DNA of 64,000 nt from an uncultured delta proteobacterium (GTDB lineage Bacteria > Myxococcota_A > Polyangia > Polyangiales > JAFGIB01): contig CAVZVA010000009.1 of NCBI GenBank assembly GCA_963778655.1, positions 768,001 through 832,000 on the forward strand, read 5' to 3'. Both the position numbers and the translations under genes were made by a program. Positions 46,508-56,778 of the stretch are shown here, in pieces; positions within the stretch are counted from its first letter, which is position 1, and the number at the start of each line of letters is the position of its first letter. The notes below the pieces were generated by a model, which saw only the letters and a program-made list of their open reading frames with translations, was not told the origin of the DNA and did not search any database.

Positions 46508-46745
46508 TTGGCGGGGAAGCTACGAAGCGACGAGGTTCCACAGGCAAATCGGCTCGATCGGGTCGTGGAGCGTGTGCGGGCTTTGCGGGAGGCGCGGCCA
46601 TCGCCTCGGCGGCGCGATGGACTGTACTACGCGCAGGCTGCACGGATTCTCGGGCTGCTTGGCGACCACGGCCGCCTGACTGCCCGCGGGATCGCGGTCG
46701 CGGAGGCGGGCGAGGACGTGCTTACACCGCTCATCGGCGAGGTGG
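46508..46745 (+). pseudogene. Fragment resembling a winged-helix domain of restriction-associated proteins
   Basis: VPQANRLDRV...YYAQAARILGLL pattern recalled from restriction-associated wHTH domains; unverified. Confidence 0.4.
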
Positions 46746-46782
46746 GCATGTCGGCTGGGGGATCGCGTCGTGTGCGCACTGG

Positions 46783-47400
46783 TTGCAGTGGAAGTGCGGC
46801 ATCGGGATGGTGACGGCGCGCGAGAAGGTGCGGGTGGTGCGAGCACTGCGCGGCCTGCCCAATATCGCCGATTCGATGCGGCGGGGGGTGATCAGCTACT
46901 GCAAGGTTCGGGCGCTCACGCGCATTGCCACGGCCGACAACGAGGACCTGCTGTTGCGGATCGCCGAGCAGGGCACGGTCTCGCACGTGGAGAAGACGGT
47001 GCGGCTGTACCGCAGGGCCGACCGCTCGCAGGCGCTGCGGGAAGCCAACGAGCAGCAGGCCGAACGCGGGCTGCGCTGCTACTGGGACGAGGGTGGGGCG
47101 CTCGTAGTCGAGGGCCGGCCGCCGCCCGAGCAGGGTGCGCTAGTGATGAAGGCGCTGCAGGCAGCCGCGGATGCGCTGCGGGAGGCCGAGCACGATTCAC
47201 GTGAAGCGCAGGCCGGCGGGGAAGGGGCGTTGGGGAAGGGAGACGATTCACGTGAATCGTCCCCGGCGGCCGACCAGCCCAAGCAGCCAATCCGGCGCGG
47301 CAAGCCGATGCGCTCGGGGCGCTGTGCGAGACGTTCCTCGCCAAGGGTGCGGCCCCGCTCGCCGCCGGCGCCGCCCGTCCGCTATGACGTGGCTCGCTGA
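46783..47400 (+). pseudogene. DUF222/HNH-endonuclease family fragment
   Basis: WKCGIG..TAREKVRV.RAL..LP...ISY.KVRALTRIAT..NE..LL; no HNH domain present. Confidence 0.7.
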
Positions 47401-47708
47401 ACGCTTACACCGCGACTACGCCGTGGTGGTGGAGGTCGCGGAACAAATCCCGGCCTATGTCTACACCTACCTGTTCAGCAAGACCGGCGAGCCCATGGAG
47501 CTCTCGTTCCGGGACATGCAAGGCTTGAAGGACGTCAAGCTGAGCCTGCACTGAGCGCGCTCGGGGTGCTGTACCACTGTGTTCGCAGCACGATCACGGG
47601 GCGGGCGGTCTTCAAACGCAGCACGGCAGATGTCCGAATTGCAGGCGCCAGCATCTGCTGATAAACGTCGAAGAGCCGACTCAAATCAACCGCTATTCTC
47701 GACAATTC

Positions 47709-49676
47709 ATGACTCAGTCCGCTCCACTCCTGACCTCGAACAGCACAATCCTGTGGCTAAAAGTAATCCTCACGACTGTGTCGCTGGTACTGCTGTCTAT
47801 CCGATACAGATCGAGAAATGCATTGGGGGCCTCAGCCAAGACATATTCGTTTCGCGCAAAAGTGTTTGTCGTTCTGACCATCATCTTCTCGTTTGCTGTC
47901 TTTCATGATCTTGGTAAGCCGCGGAGTGGCACGTTCATTCATTACGGAGAAATGTTCCACTATTATCTCGGCTCAAAATACTTCAAAGAGCTTGGTTATT
48001 ACGAGCTGTACAACGCGGTGATCGTCGCAGACGCCGAACAGGACAACGCCCTGGCGCGTTTGCCGTTTTATACAAACCTAACCAATTACCAAAACGCTCG
48101 ACGAGAAACCGCACTCGAGGGTGCCGATAGAGTAAAGAACCTGTTTTCAAAAGAGAGGTGGAGCGCATTCAAGCGGGATGTCTCCTTTTTCAAGACGGCG
48201 ACCGGCATGCCTCGTTCATCGGGCATCTTCTTCTTCCTGATGGACCATGGCTACAACGCGAGCCCCGTATCGACTTCTGTGCTTGGAATACTAACCAACA
48301 TCGTCCCCGTCACACAGTTGCGGATGCTGGCAGCGCTCGATGTGCTTCTCGTGGCAGCAATGATAGCGCTTGTATTCCGCACATTCGGTTTTGAAATGGG
48401 GGCTTTGTTTTCCATCTACTTCTTCACAAATATCCTGAACGACCACGGGTACATTTCAGGCAGCTTGTTACGCTACGACTGGTTGTTTTGCATTATCGCT
48501 TCCGTGTGCTTGCTCGAAAGAGGACGATATGCATCTTCCTCGTTCTTTCTGACTGCATCCGCAATGATGGCGGTATTCCCCGTGGTGCTGTTTTACGGCG
48601 TCGGAGTTAGCATTGTTCGGAGAGTCAAAACAACGCGCACTCTCGATAGAGACTCTATCCGATTCGTTCTTACGGCCGGAGTGACCGGGCTGGCGTTGTT
48701 TCTGCTGCCTGCTGTCTATTTGGGCTCAGCTCTGCAGCCATGGACGGAGTTCTCTGCAAAGATGGCTCTTCATGACAGGGGTGTGTATGTCAACCACCTT
48801 GGCTTGAGAGGAATTGTTCTCTTTGAAACAAGCCATCTCTCGCTGAATCGATTCATCGAGACGTACAATGATGGCAGTGGCGACATAGTCCGCCATTGGC
48901 AAGATGTAAAAGAGAGAGAGTTTGAGCAAAGGAAGCCGATTATCATCTTCTGCTCAATCTTCGCTCTCATATGCGTGACAGCCATTGTTTGGAAGAGAAA
49001 GGAGAGTGAGATCGAGGCCATTCTCTGGCCCGTGCTCCTCATCTACGTGATGAGCTATCCTTCGCACTACTACTATGTCTTTCTCTGCTTGTTCATTCTG
49101 CTCTTCTTCAGACGAGGGAACTCGCTGACCGCCTTTGTTCCGATCTGTCTTCTATTGATATTTAATATCTGCGCTCTCATAACGGATTCCTTTTCGCCTT
49201 CGCCCATTGTGTTTTATACGCTTGTAAATATTTATCTATTCGTATGTATGGTCTCGATTCTCGTGTTTGAGTTGCGCACGAACGTATTCAGGCGGAGACC
49301 ACAAGAGACGGTCGCAAGATCCGCAAGGGGCCATGTCGCGGCCAAGCGAGGACGCAGCAAGAGAAAGCAAAAGACTTCGCGACGCGCCTGCGTGTCCGGT
49401 GATCGTTCTTGCTATGCGGCAGGATCGAGAAGGCTCGGCCGCAGGGAAGTCGCGGGAAATCTCAGTCCGCTACGCTCGCGCAGGCGCCACAAGAATGAGC
49501 GCCCCGAAAACCCGCGCGCCATCCCTGGCCTCGTCCGATGCAGCACGTGTTTGCAACAGATGTGGCGGCTTGCCCTAGTCTTGGGCGCCCGCCTTGAGAG
49601 CTGCACGGTGAACTCACCGAGCCCAGCTCGGTCCGTACGGCTCGCGCTCATTGCTGCAAGCACGCGAGCTTGTTGA
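47709..49676 (+). CDS. Polytopic membrane protein, possibly GT-C-like; low GC; C-terminal ~100 aa probably read-through
   Basis: ~12 hydrophobic segments, large loop with HYYLGSKYFKELGY and DHGYN; AT-rich codons. Confidence 0.7.
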   Translation: MTQSAPLLTSNSTILWLKVILTTVSLVLLSIRYRSRNALGASAKTYSFRAKVFVVLTIIFSFAVFHDLGKPRSGTFIHYGEMFHYYLGSKYFKELGYYELYNAVIVADAEQDNALARLPFYTNLTNYQNARRETALEGADRVKNLFSKERWSAFKRDVSFFKTATGMPRSSGIFFFLMDHGYNASPVSTSVLGILTNIVPVTQLRMLAALDVLLVAAMIALVFRTFGFEMGALFSIYFFTNILNDHGYISGSLLRYDWLFCIIASVCLLERGRYASSSFFLTASAMMAVFPVVLFYGVGVSIVRRVKTTRTLDRDSIRFVLTAGVTGLALFLLPAVYLGSALQPWTEFSAKMALHDRGVYVNHLGLRGIVLFETSHLSLNRFIETYNDGSGDIVRHWQDVKEREFEQRKPIIIFCSIFALICVTAIVWKRKESEIEAILWPVLLIYVMSYPSHYYYVFLCLFILLFFRRGNSLTAFVPICLLLIFNICALITDSFSPSPIVFYTLVNIYLFVCMVSILVFELRTNVFRRRPQETVARSARGHVAAKRGRSKRKQKTSRRACVSGDRSCYAAGSRRLGRREVAGNLSPLRSRRRHKNERPENPRAIPGLVRCSTCLQQMWRLALVLGARLESCTVNSPSPARSVRLALIAASTRAC

Positions 49677-52080
49677 AGGTCGCGTCGCAGCCCACCGGCG
49701 TGGTGTCGACGCCGTAGAACACAAAGGCCTTCTCCAGCTTGCTCTCGTCCGCGGTGCCGCTGTAGCCCGTGTCCGCGCTCGCCGAGGACGTCCAGTTCTG
49801 ACAGGTGGACGCGGACGTGCCGGGCACGGTGAGCGGATTCGTGCCCGACGGAGCCGTTGCAGCGCCGCTCCACAGGCCCTCGTCGTATTGCGCGGAGTTG
49901 TCGGCCGGGCGGTCGTTCGGCACGTCCCAGTACAGCGTGTTGCTCGCCAGCGCGGTCGCCGCGCTGGCCGCCAGCGCAAGACCGTCCGGGCGCACCCAAG
50001 TCGCTCCGTTGGTGCTGAAACGCGAGGCAGCGGACGCGCTGGTGGTGGCAAGCAGGGCCTTGAACGTGCCCGAGAGCCCCGCGGCCGTGGCCTCGCTCTG
50101 GCACATCGCGTCCGCGCTCGCGATCCCGCCGCCGGAGACCCAGAAGCCCTTGGTGACGAACGCCTTGCGGCCGGTGGCCGGCGTGATCGCGGGCAAGGGG
50201 TTGGCCTGACTGGTGCCGAAGCAGAACACCGGCAGCGAGCCGTTGCAGCTGATGAGCTCGTAGTTGGTGAAGCCCGACGAGCCTGCGGTGGGCGAGCCGC
50301 TGGTGGCGTAGCCAGACATCGAGCTCGATGTCCAGTTGCTGCAAGTGTACATGCTGGTCGCCGTTCCGTCGTTGAACGTGCCGGTGTAGACGTCGCTGGC
50401 GCCGAGATCCTGGCCGGTGGCCGACAAGCTGATCGGGTAGTAGACGTGGGTGGCCTGCGAGTCCGCGTTCACGAAGTCGGAGCTGCGATCGGCGAAGGGC
50501 TTTCCATCGGCGCGCAGCCAGCCGCGCGCCGTGCCCAGCCGAGAGACCGCGCTCACGCTGCTGGTCGAGAGCCAGGCCTTGTACGTGCCGGGCAATTGGG
50601 CGCTTTCGGCCTCGCTCTGACAGATCGCGTCGGCCGCGGCCACGCCGCTGTTGGCGGTGAACGTGGGCTGTGACACGAAGACGTAGTTGAAGGCTGGAAC
50701 GAACTTGGCGTCGACGCTGGTGTCGGCTTGCATCAGGACGGTGCAGCCGCCGGTACCGCCGCAGCCCGCGCCGCTCCAACCTCCGAACAGGTCTGAGCCG
50801 CCGGCGTTCGCGCTGAGCGCCACGGTGGTGCCGTAGTCGTAGCTCGCGCTGCAGGTGCTGCCGCAGGCGATCGCATTGTCGCCTGAGCTCACGCTGCCGC
50901 TGCCCGCGCCCGACTTGGCGACGGTGAGCTGATACTTCTGCAGCGCGAAGCTGGCCGTGACCGAGGTGGCCGCCGTCAGCGTGACGACGCAGCTGCCGGT
51001 TCCGCTGCAGCCGCTGCCGCTCCAGCCTGCCAGCTCGCTGTGGGCCCCGGGCTGCGCGGACAGCGTGACGCTGGTACCGTAGTCGAAGACGGCGCTGCAG
51101 CTGGCGCCGCAGTCGATCCCGGCGGGCAGCGAGGTCACGCTGCCCGCGCCGTTGCCCGAAGCTGTGATCGTCAGCGGGACGCTCTGCAGCGCAAAGCCCG
51201 CAGTCACGATCTCGGTGGCGTCCAAGCTGACGGTGCAGCTGCCCGTTCCGCTGCAGCCGGCCCCGCTCCAGCCGGTGAAGCTGGAGCCGGTGTCGGCCGT
51301 GGCGGTGAGCGTGACGCTGGCGGACTGGCCGAAGGAATAGGCGCAGGCGTCCCCGCAGTCGATGCCGGCGGGTGTGGAGGTCACCGTGCCCGCCCCGGCA
51401 CCGGAGTGGCCCACGATCAGGGTGTAGTTGTCGAGCGGGAACGTGGCGGTGACGTCCACGTCCGCGTCGACGGTGAAGGTGCAGGTGCCGCGGTTGCCGC
51501 AGGGGCCGGCCCAGTTGCCGAACAGCGATCCCTTGTCCGGCATGGCGGTGAGGGTGACCACTGTGCCCTTGTCGACCATGGCGCTGCAGGTGCTGCCGCA
51601 GTCGATCGCGGCGCCGTCGGCGCTCACGCTGCCGCTGCCGGTGCCGAGCTTGGTGACCTTGATGGTGTACGTCTTGGGCGGGACCCCCGCCTCGGCGTCC
51701 TCCGGCGAGCCACCCTCGCCGAATCCCGCTTCGGTCGCGCCGTCCATGTCCGGGCCGGCGTCGATCGCGGCATCAGGGCCGGCATCGATGGCAGCGTCAG
51801 GACCCGCGTCGATCGCGGCGTCGGGGGGGGCCGCGTCGGCGCCGGGTCCCGCGTTGGCCGGCCCCGCGTCGCTCGGGCTGTGCCCGCCTCCTTCGGCGTG
51901 CGCGTAGCAGTAGTTGTCCCGATGGCAGAAATAGGCGGCCGGGCAGTCGGCATTCTCGGCGCACGCGAACACGCCGTCGGGCGGCGAGGCGTTGCACGCG
52001 CACAGGGCGAGCGCCGTGAAAGCGACCGGTGCGATCCAGGCGGACATCAGAAGCGCCTGCGGCGCACCGCAGGCCGTCAT
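49648..52080 (-). CDS. Surface lipoprotein: DAG-repeat linker, four divergent InlB-B-type repeats, two DUF1554-like domains
   Basis: LCAC lipobox; PDAAIDAG repeats; G.GSV....IDCG..C...VTLTA...F.GWSG x4; G.A.AD..CQ.EA..A.L.GT.KA.L x2. Confidence 0.8.
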   Translation of the reverse strand: MTACGAPQALLMSAWIAPVAFTALALCACNASPPDGVFACAENADCPAAYFCHRDNYCYAHAEGGGHSPSDAGPANAGPGADAAPPDAAIDAGPDAAIDAGPDAAIDAGPDMDGATEAGFGEGGSPEDAEAGVPPKTYTIKVTKLGTGSGSVSADGAAIDCGSTCSAMVDKGTVVTLTAMPDKGSLFGNWAGPCGNRGTCTFTVDADVDVTATFPLDNYTLIVGHSGAGAGTVTSTPAGIDCGDACAYSFGQSASVTLTATADTGSSFTGWSGAGCSGTGSCTVSLDATEIVTAGFALQSVPLTITASGNGAGSVTSLPAGIDCGASCSAVFDYGTSVTLSAQPGAHSELAGWSGSGCSGTGSCVVTLTAATSVTASFALQKYQLTVAKSGAGSGSVSSGDNAIACGSTCSASYDYGTTVALSANAGGSDLFGGWSGAGCGGTGGCTVLMQADTSVDAKFVPAFNYVFVSQPTFTANSGVAAADAICQSEAESAQLPGTYKAWLSTSSVSAVSRLGTARGWLRADGKPFADRSSDFVNADSQATHVYYPISLSATGQDLGASDVYTGTFNDGTATSMYTCSNWTSSSMSGYATSGSPTAGSSGFTNYELISCNGSLPVFCFGTSQANPLPAITPATGRKAFVTKGFWVSGGGIASADAMCQSEATAAGLSGTFKALLATTSASAASRFSTNGATWVRPDGLALAASAATALASNTLYWDVPNDRPADNSAQYDEGLWSGAATAPSGTNPLTVPGTSASTCQNWTSSASADTGYSGTADESKLEKAFVFYGVDTTPVGCDATFNKLACLQQ

Positions 52081-52186
52081 TCCCGAGCCAGTGAGTACCT
52101 CGTCGTCCAAGTCAGGCCAAGAGCTATCTCCCTACCTCGGCGGCCTGAGCGAGCGCAAGGGGTGCTCGCACGGCGCGCGCTTGCCC

Positions 52187-52279
52187 CGGCCGGGGATCAT
52201 CTGCGGCCGGGGATCGTCCGGCCGGGGATCATCCGGGGATCATCTGCCAGCGCGTTTTCTCCGCAGCGCGTTCTCTCAG
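52187..52279. repeat. Short tandem repeats
   Basis: CGGCCGGGGATC(A/G)TC x4 then CAGCGCGTT(T/C)TCT x2. Confidence 0.7.
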
Positions 52280-52340
52280 CCGGCCCGGTAACCGCCGGAT
52301 CGTCGCGTCCGGGGTCGGGGTCGCCTATACTCCGCCCAGC

Positions 52341-53159
52341 ATGACCGAGCGCGATTCGGATGAGGCGAACCTGGCGGTGTTTTGTGACTACGAAAACGTG
52401 GCGTTGGGGGCAAAGGACGCTTCGTTCGGGGCGTTCGACATTCACCTTGTGATCGAGCGGTTGCTCGACAAGGGCAAGGTGGTGGTCAAGAAGGCATACG
52501 CGGACTGGTCGCGCTACGAGTCGGCCAAGCGGCCGCTGCACGAGGCGGCGTTCGAGCTGATCGAGATCCCCCACGTCTCGTACTCGGGCAAGAACTCGGC
52601 GGACATCCGGCTGGTCGTCGACGCGCTCGACCTGTGTTACGCCAAGTCACATGTGGACGTGTTCGTGATCGTGTCCGGCGACAGCGACTTCTCGCCGCTG
52701 GTGAGCAAGCTGCGCGAGAACGACAAGCGCGTGATCGGGGTCGGCGTCAAGAATTCGAGCAGCAAGCTCCTGATCGACAACTGCGACGAGTTCATCTACT
52801 ACGACGACCTGGTGCGCGAGCGCCGCAAGCGCGCCGATCAGAAGCCGGTGCGCGCGAAGACGCAGCGCAAGGTCAAGAACGCGGGCGAGCCCGTGTCGAA
52901 GGAGACCGAGGCCCTGCGAGAAGAGGCGCTCGACATCGTGCTCGAGACGGCGGAGGCGCTGTTTCGTGACCGCGACAGCCGGCTGTTCGGCTCGCACGTG
53001 AAGCAGACCCTCAAGCGTAAACGACCCGAGTTCTCCGAGACCTTTCACGGCTACCGGAGCTTCAACGAGCTGCTCGAAGACGCACAGCGCCGGGGCCTGC
53101 TCGAGCTCCAAAAGGACGAGCCCTCGGGCGGCTACATCGTGGTCGGCCTCGCGCCATAG
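52341..53159 (+). CDS. NYN (LabA/DUF88) domain protein with C-terminal OST-HTH/LOTUS
   Basis: AVFCDYEN, KAYADW, GKNSADIRLVVDA, VSGDSDF, CDEFIYYD; PEFSE..HGYRSF..LLE. Confidence 0.9.
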   Translation: MTERDSDEANLAVFCDYENVALGAKDASFGAFDIHLVIERLLDKGKVVVKKAYADWSRYESAKRPLHEAAFELIEIPHVSYSGKNSADIRLVVDALDLCYAKSHVDVFVIVSGDSDFSPLVSKLRENDKRVIGVGVKNSSSKLLIDNCDEFIYYDDLVRERRKRADQKPVRAKTQRKVKNAGEPVSKETEALREEALDIVLETAEALFRDRDSRLFGSHVKQTLKRKRPEFSETFHGYRSFNELLEDAQRRGLLELQKDEPSGGYIVVGLAP

Positions 53160-53210
53160 CGCGCGCCATGGGAGCGCGCGCCATGGGGACGAGCGCGCGC
53201 CATGGGGACG
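53150..53210. repeat. Short tandem repeats at the NYN stop codon
   Basis: CGCGCGCCATGGG(GACG) x3 plus a partial copy containing the stop. Confidence 0.7.
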
Positions 53211-53478
53211 GACCTCGACAAATCGATAGTTGGCATGCCTCGGCGAGCGTGGGAAGCGAGTGCGCGGTGCCGCGGGCCGGACACGGGGGCTCGGCGGCGG
53301 GCACCAAGAAGTGGAGGGCGTCGTGGATCGTCGTCGTGATGCCCGCGGTCGTGGTGGCCGCGCCAGGCCGCGCAGTATCGGCGTCCATGACAAACGGAGT
53401 TGCGCGGCTGTACTGGGTGGGGCGGGAAGCCGGCACCACGCTTCCCCGGCGCCGCCATCGGTGCTTCAATCCCGCGCC

Positions 53479-53835
53479 ATGCGCGTTCACGTCTACCACT
53501 ATCCAAAGTGCGGGAGCTGCCGCAAGGCCTTGAAATGGCTCGATCAACACGGCGTTGCGTACCAAGCGAGCGACCTCGTCGCTGAGCCGATCGCGCTCGC
53601 CAAGCTGCGCGACCTGCATGCGCGCTCGGGGCTGCCGATCGCGCGCCTCTTCAACTCCTCGGGCGAGAGCTATCGAGCCGGCGGCTTCAAGGATCGGCTC
53701 GCGCGCATGACCCACGCCGAAGCGCTGGCGGCCCTGGCGAGGGACGGCAAGCTGATCAAGCGGCCGATCGTCGACACCGGCAAGGCGGTGCTGGTCGGCT
53801 TCGACGAGGGCGCGTACGCCGCCGAGCTCACATGA
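53479..53835 (+). CDS. ArsC/Spx/MgsR-family protein
   Basis: [34 protein letters not shown]. Confidence 0.9.
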   Translation: MRVHVYHYPKCGSCRKALKWLDQHGVAYQASDLVAEPIALAKLRDLHARSGLPIARLFNSSGESYRAGGFKDRLARMTHAEALAALARDGKLIKRPIVDTGKAVLVGFDEGAYAAELT

Positions 53836-54677
53836 GCCTGCAACTCCACGCCCGTGGCTACGTCTTCGACGCCGCCAGCGCCGGCGACCCGCGGCACCCG
53901 CTGGTCCTCTTGCTGCACGGCTTTCCGCAAACGCACCACAGCTTCCGCGATCAGCTGCCGGCTCTCGCCGCGCGCGGATTCTTTGCGGTCGCACCGAATC
54001 AGCGAGGGTACTCACCCGGCGCGCGGCCTACCGATCTCGCGAGCTACGCGACCGAACACCTCGTCGCGGACGTGCTGGCTTTCGCCGACGCGCTCGGCGC
54101 AGAGCGCTTCCACCTGGTCGGCCACGACTGGGGTGGCCAGCTGAGCTGGTTGGTGGCCGCCTATCACGCCCCCCGCGTGCGTACGCTGAGCGTGCTGTCG
54201 CGCCCGCATCCAGGCGCGTTCGCGGAGGCGCTGCGCAGCGACGGCGCACAGGCCAAGCGCTCGCGTCACCACTCGCGCTTCGACGACCCGAGCACCGCCG
54301 AGCGCCTGCTCGAAGACGGTGCGCGCAGGCTCGGGCGTATGTTGCGCGATCAGGGCGTGTCCGCTGGCGACACCGAAGCCTACCTTAGGGCCTTTGACTC
54401 GTGTTCCGCCCTCGACGCGGCGCTCAACTGGTATCGCGCGGCGCGTGACAGCGCTCCCGAGCTCCGCGCTCGCGCCGTGCCCGCTATCGACGTGCCGACC
54501 TTGTATCTGTGGGGCGACGCCGACGCCGCGGTCGGACGCGCAGCCGCCGAGCGCACCGCCGAGCACGTGCGGGGCCTCTATCGCTTCGTGGTGGTGCCGA
54601 ACGCAGGCCACTTCCTGACCGATCAGGCGAGCGACCTCGTGACGTCCGCGCTGCTCGAGCACGTCGGCGCGCCGTAG
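53832..54677 (+). CDS. Alpha/beta hydrolase (epoxide hydrolase-like)
   Basis: LLHGFP, QRGYS, GHDWGG, LNWYRA, WGDAD, GHF. Confidence 0.9.
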   Translation: MSLQLHARGYVFDAASAGDPRHPLVLLLHGFPQTHHSFRDQLPALAARGFFAVAPNQRGYSPGARPTDLASYATEHLVADVLAFADALGAERFHLVGHDWGGQLSWLVAAYHAPRVRTLSVLSRPHPGAFAEALRSDGAQAKRSRHHSRFDDPSTAERLLEDGARRLGRMLRDQGVSAGDTEAYLRAFDSCSALDAALNWYRAARDSAPELRARAVPAIDVPTLYLWGDADAAVGRAAAERTAEHVRGLYRFVVVPNAGHFLTDQASDLVTSALLEHVGAP

Positions 54678-54722
54678 GGCCGCGCTCGCCGCGAGGGGGC
54701 ACTTCGCAGGTGTAGTAATTGG

Positions 54723-56149
54723 GGCTCTCCTGACGCATGAGTGGGCGCGCGTTGCGTGAGTCGGGCGCGGGAAGTGGCTTGAAAAGCAGGGGGCTGCGAG
54801 GGGCACGAGCCCGTCGGCGGGGCCGGATTTCAGGCGCATGGCGAGGGCGGGGTACCTTCGGGTTGCGACACCAACGGAGGTCCGCCACCCGCCATGCAAT
54901 TGACGAAGGTACTGACGATCATCCTGGGAATGAAGTGCGTTCGAGCCCGCGGTTGCCAATTCGAGGAGGACACGCTGGTGATCCAGGTCGCGCCCACGAC
55001 GCGGGTCGCCCGGTGCGGCGGCTGCGGGTGCCGCTGCCGGCGGCTGTACGATCGTCGGCCCGATCGTCGCTGGCGGCACCTGGACCTGGGAGGCATGCGG
55101 GTCGAGCTGGGCTACGACCTGCGCCGTGTGGACTGCGGCCGCTGCGGCGTGTGCACCGAGCTCGTCCCCTGGGCCGAGCCCGACTCGGCGTTCACGCGCC
55201 CCTTCGAGCAGCAGGTCGCCTACCTGGCGCAACGCATGGACAAGAGCGCGGTCGTCGAGCTGATGGGCATCGCCTGGCGCACGGTCGGCAGCATCGTCGA
55301 GCGCGTGGTCAAGCGGCTGAGTCCCGAGGACCGGCTGAGCGGACTGCGCACGATCGGTATCGACGAGCTGAGCTACCGCCGCCACCACAAGTACGTCACC
55401 ATCGTCACCGACCACGACAGCGGTAAGGTCGTCTGGGCGCACGAAGGCAAGAACGCCGAGACGCTCGACAAGTTCTTCACGGAGCTGGGCCCCGAACGCT
55501 GCGGGCAGCTCCGAGCGGTCACCATCGACATGTCGCAGCCGTACATCAAATCCGTCAAAGCGCATGCTCCGTACGCCGTGCTCGTGTTCGACCGCTTTCA
55601 CGTCCAGCGGCTCGCACACGACGCGCTCGACAAGGTTCGCCGCGCGATGGTGGCCGAGCACCAGGACCGCGAGCAGCGTCGAGCGCTGAAGAACACGCGC
55701 TTCGTGTTGCAGAAGAACCCCGAGAACCTCTCCAGCCTCGAGCGCCGCAAGCTCGCCACCGTTCAGGCGACCAACCGTCCGCTCTATCGCGCCTACCTGC
55801 TCAAGGAGGCACTCGTCGATGTGCTCGACCGACGCCAGTACTTCGTAGCCCGCGATCAGCTCCTGGGCTGGCTGCAATGGGCGGCCCGCTCCAGACTCGA
55901 GCCCTTCGTCAAGGCCGGACGCACCATCCGCAAGCACATGCAGGGCATCCTCGCCTACGTCGACACCGGCCTCTCCAACGGACGCGCCGAGGGTACCAAC
56001 GGCAAGGTCCGCGTCCTCACGCGCCGCTGCCTACGGCTTTCACAGCGCAAAGAGCCTCATCGCGTTGCTCTTCCTCTGCTGCTCGCTGCCCCGACTCGCC
56101 CCCGTGCGCGTCGTCCCGAATTCACGCCCACTCACGTGTTAAGGAAACC
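54723..56149 (+). mobile_element. ISL3-family element, copy 2
   Basis: Near-identical to copy 1; flanks TAATTGG / TAATTTGG resemble a target duplication; right IR noisy. Confidence 0.9.
54894..56142 (+). CDS. ISL3-family transposase, frameshifted near 56027
   Basis: Same protein as 45189-46436 up to KVRVLTR; one extra base shifts AYGF out of frame. Confidence 0.85.
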
Positions 56150-56778
56150 TAATTTGGCAGCTCGGTTGGAACGGACTTGGCCGTCCACGGGGTGCTTGCG
56201 AATCGTGCTTGCATCGCGCTTTGCTCCCGTAGATGGGACTGAGGGTCGCCGTTCGTGACGCGGGGCGCGCGTTGATGTTCTCGACGTCGTACGATGCGAG
56301 CTTCACGATGCAGGCTGTGACCTGCTTGACAGCAGCCCGATCGAAGTTGGCTCAAATCGCCCCGCTGTCCGCCTGGAGCTCGCAGACGGACGGCGGCCGG
56401 TTTCGGCGCGCTTGAGCGCGGTGCTGCCACCTTGCCGTCACGAAGTCGTAATAGACAGTCCCGATGTTACGTGCAGGTCGCGTCACTCACCGCGGTTTCC
56501 GGAGTGTAGAGTGCTAGCGCGGTCTCGCAACGCTCGACCATTTCAAGCGGTCGCGCGTGGCCGCAACCGTGGTGCGGCATCCGCCGGACCGCTAAATGAC
56601 CGATCGGCACGGCCCTTCCCGAATCGCGATCGGTCATTTGGGCGCGCCCCGGCTTAAACGACCAAGGAAGCCCGGCGCCGACAATGGTCACCTTGCGCAC
56701 ACACACCGCGCCCACGCGCGCCTACAGCAGCCGTCACCCTCGCGTGCTGCCGGATGGGGATGGTACAATCACGGGTAG

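Noticed and set aside
49390..49676. C-terminal extension of the membrane protein overlapping the convergent gene
   Set aside because: Composition changes to GC-rich, non-protein-like sequence; likely read-through from a lost stop
52187..52246. Tandem repeats as a CRISPR array
   Set aside because: Units are 13-17 bp and abut without unique spacers
56346..56365. GTTGGCTCAAATCGCCCCGC as a degenerate second att copy of the tRNA 3' end
   Set aside because: Needs several mismatches and gaps over ~20 bp in GC-rich DNA; not distinguishable from chance
56158..56778. Small ORFs between ISL3 copy 2 and the kinase
   Set aside because: No recognisable motifs, RBS or codon bias
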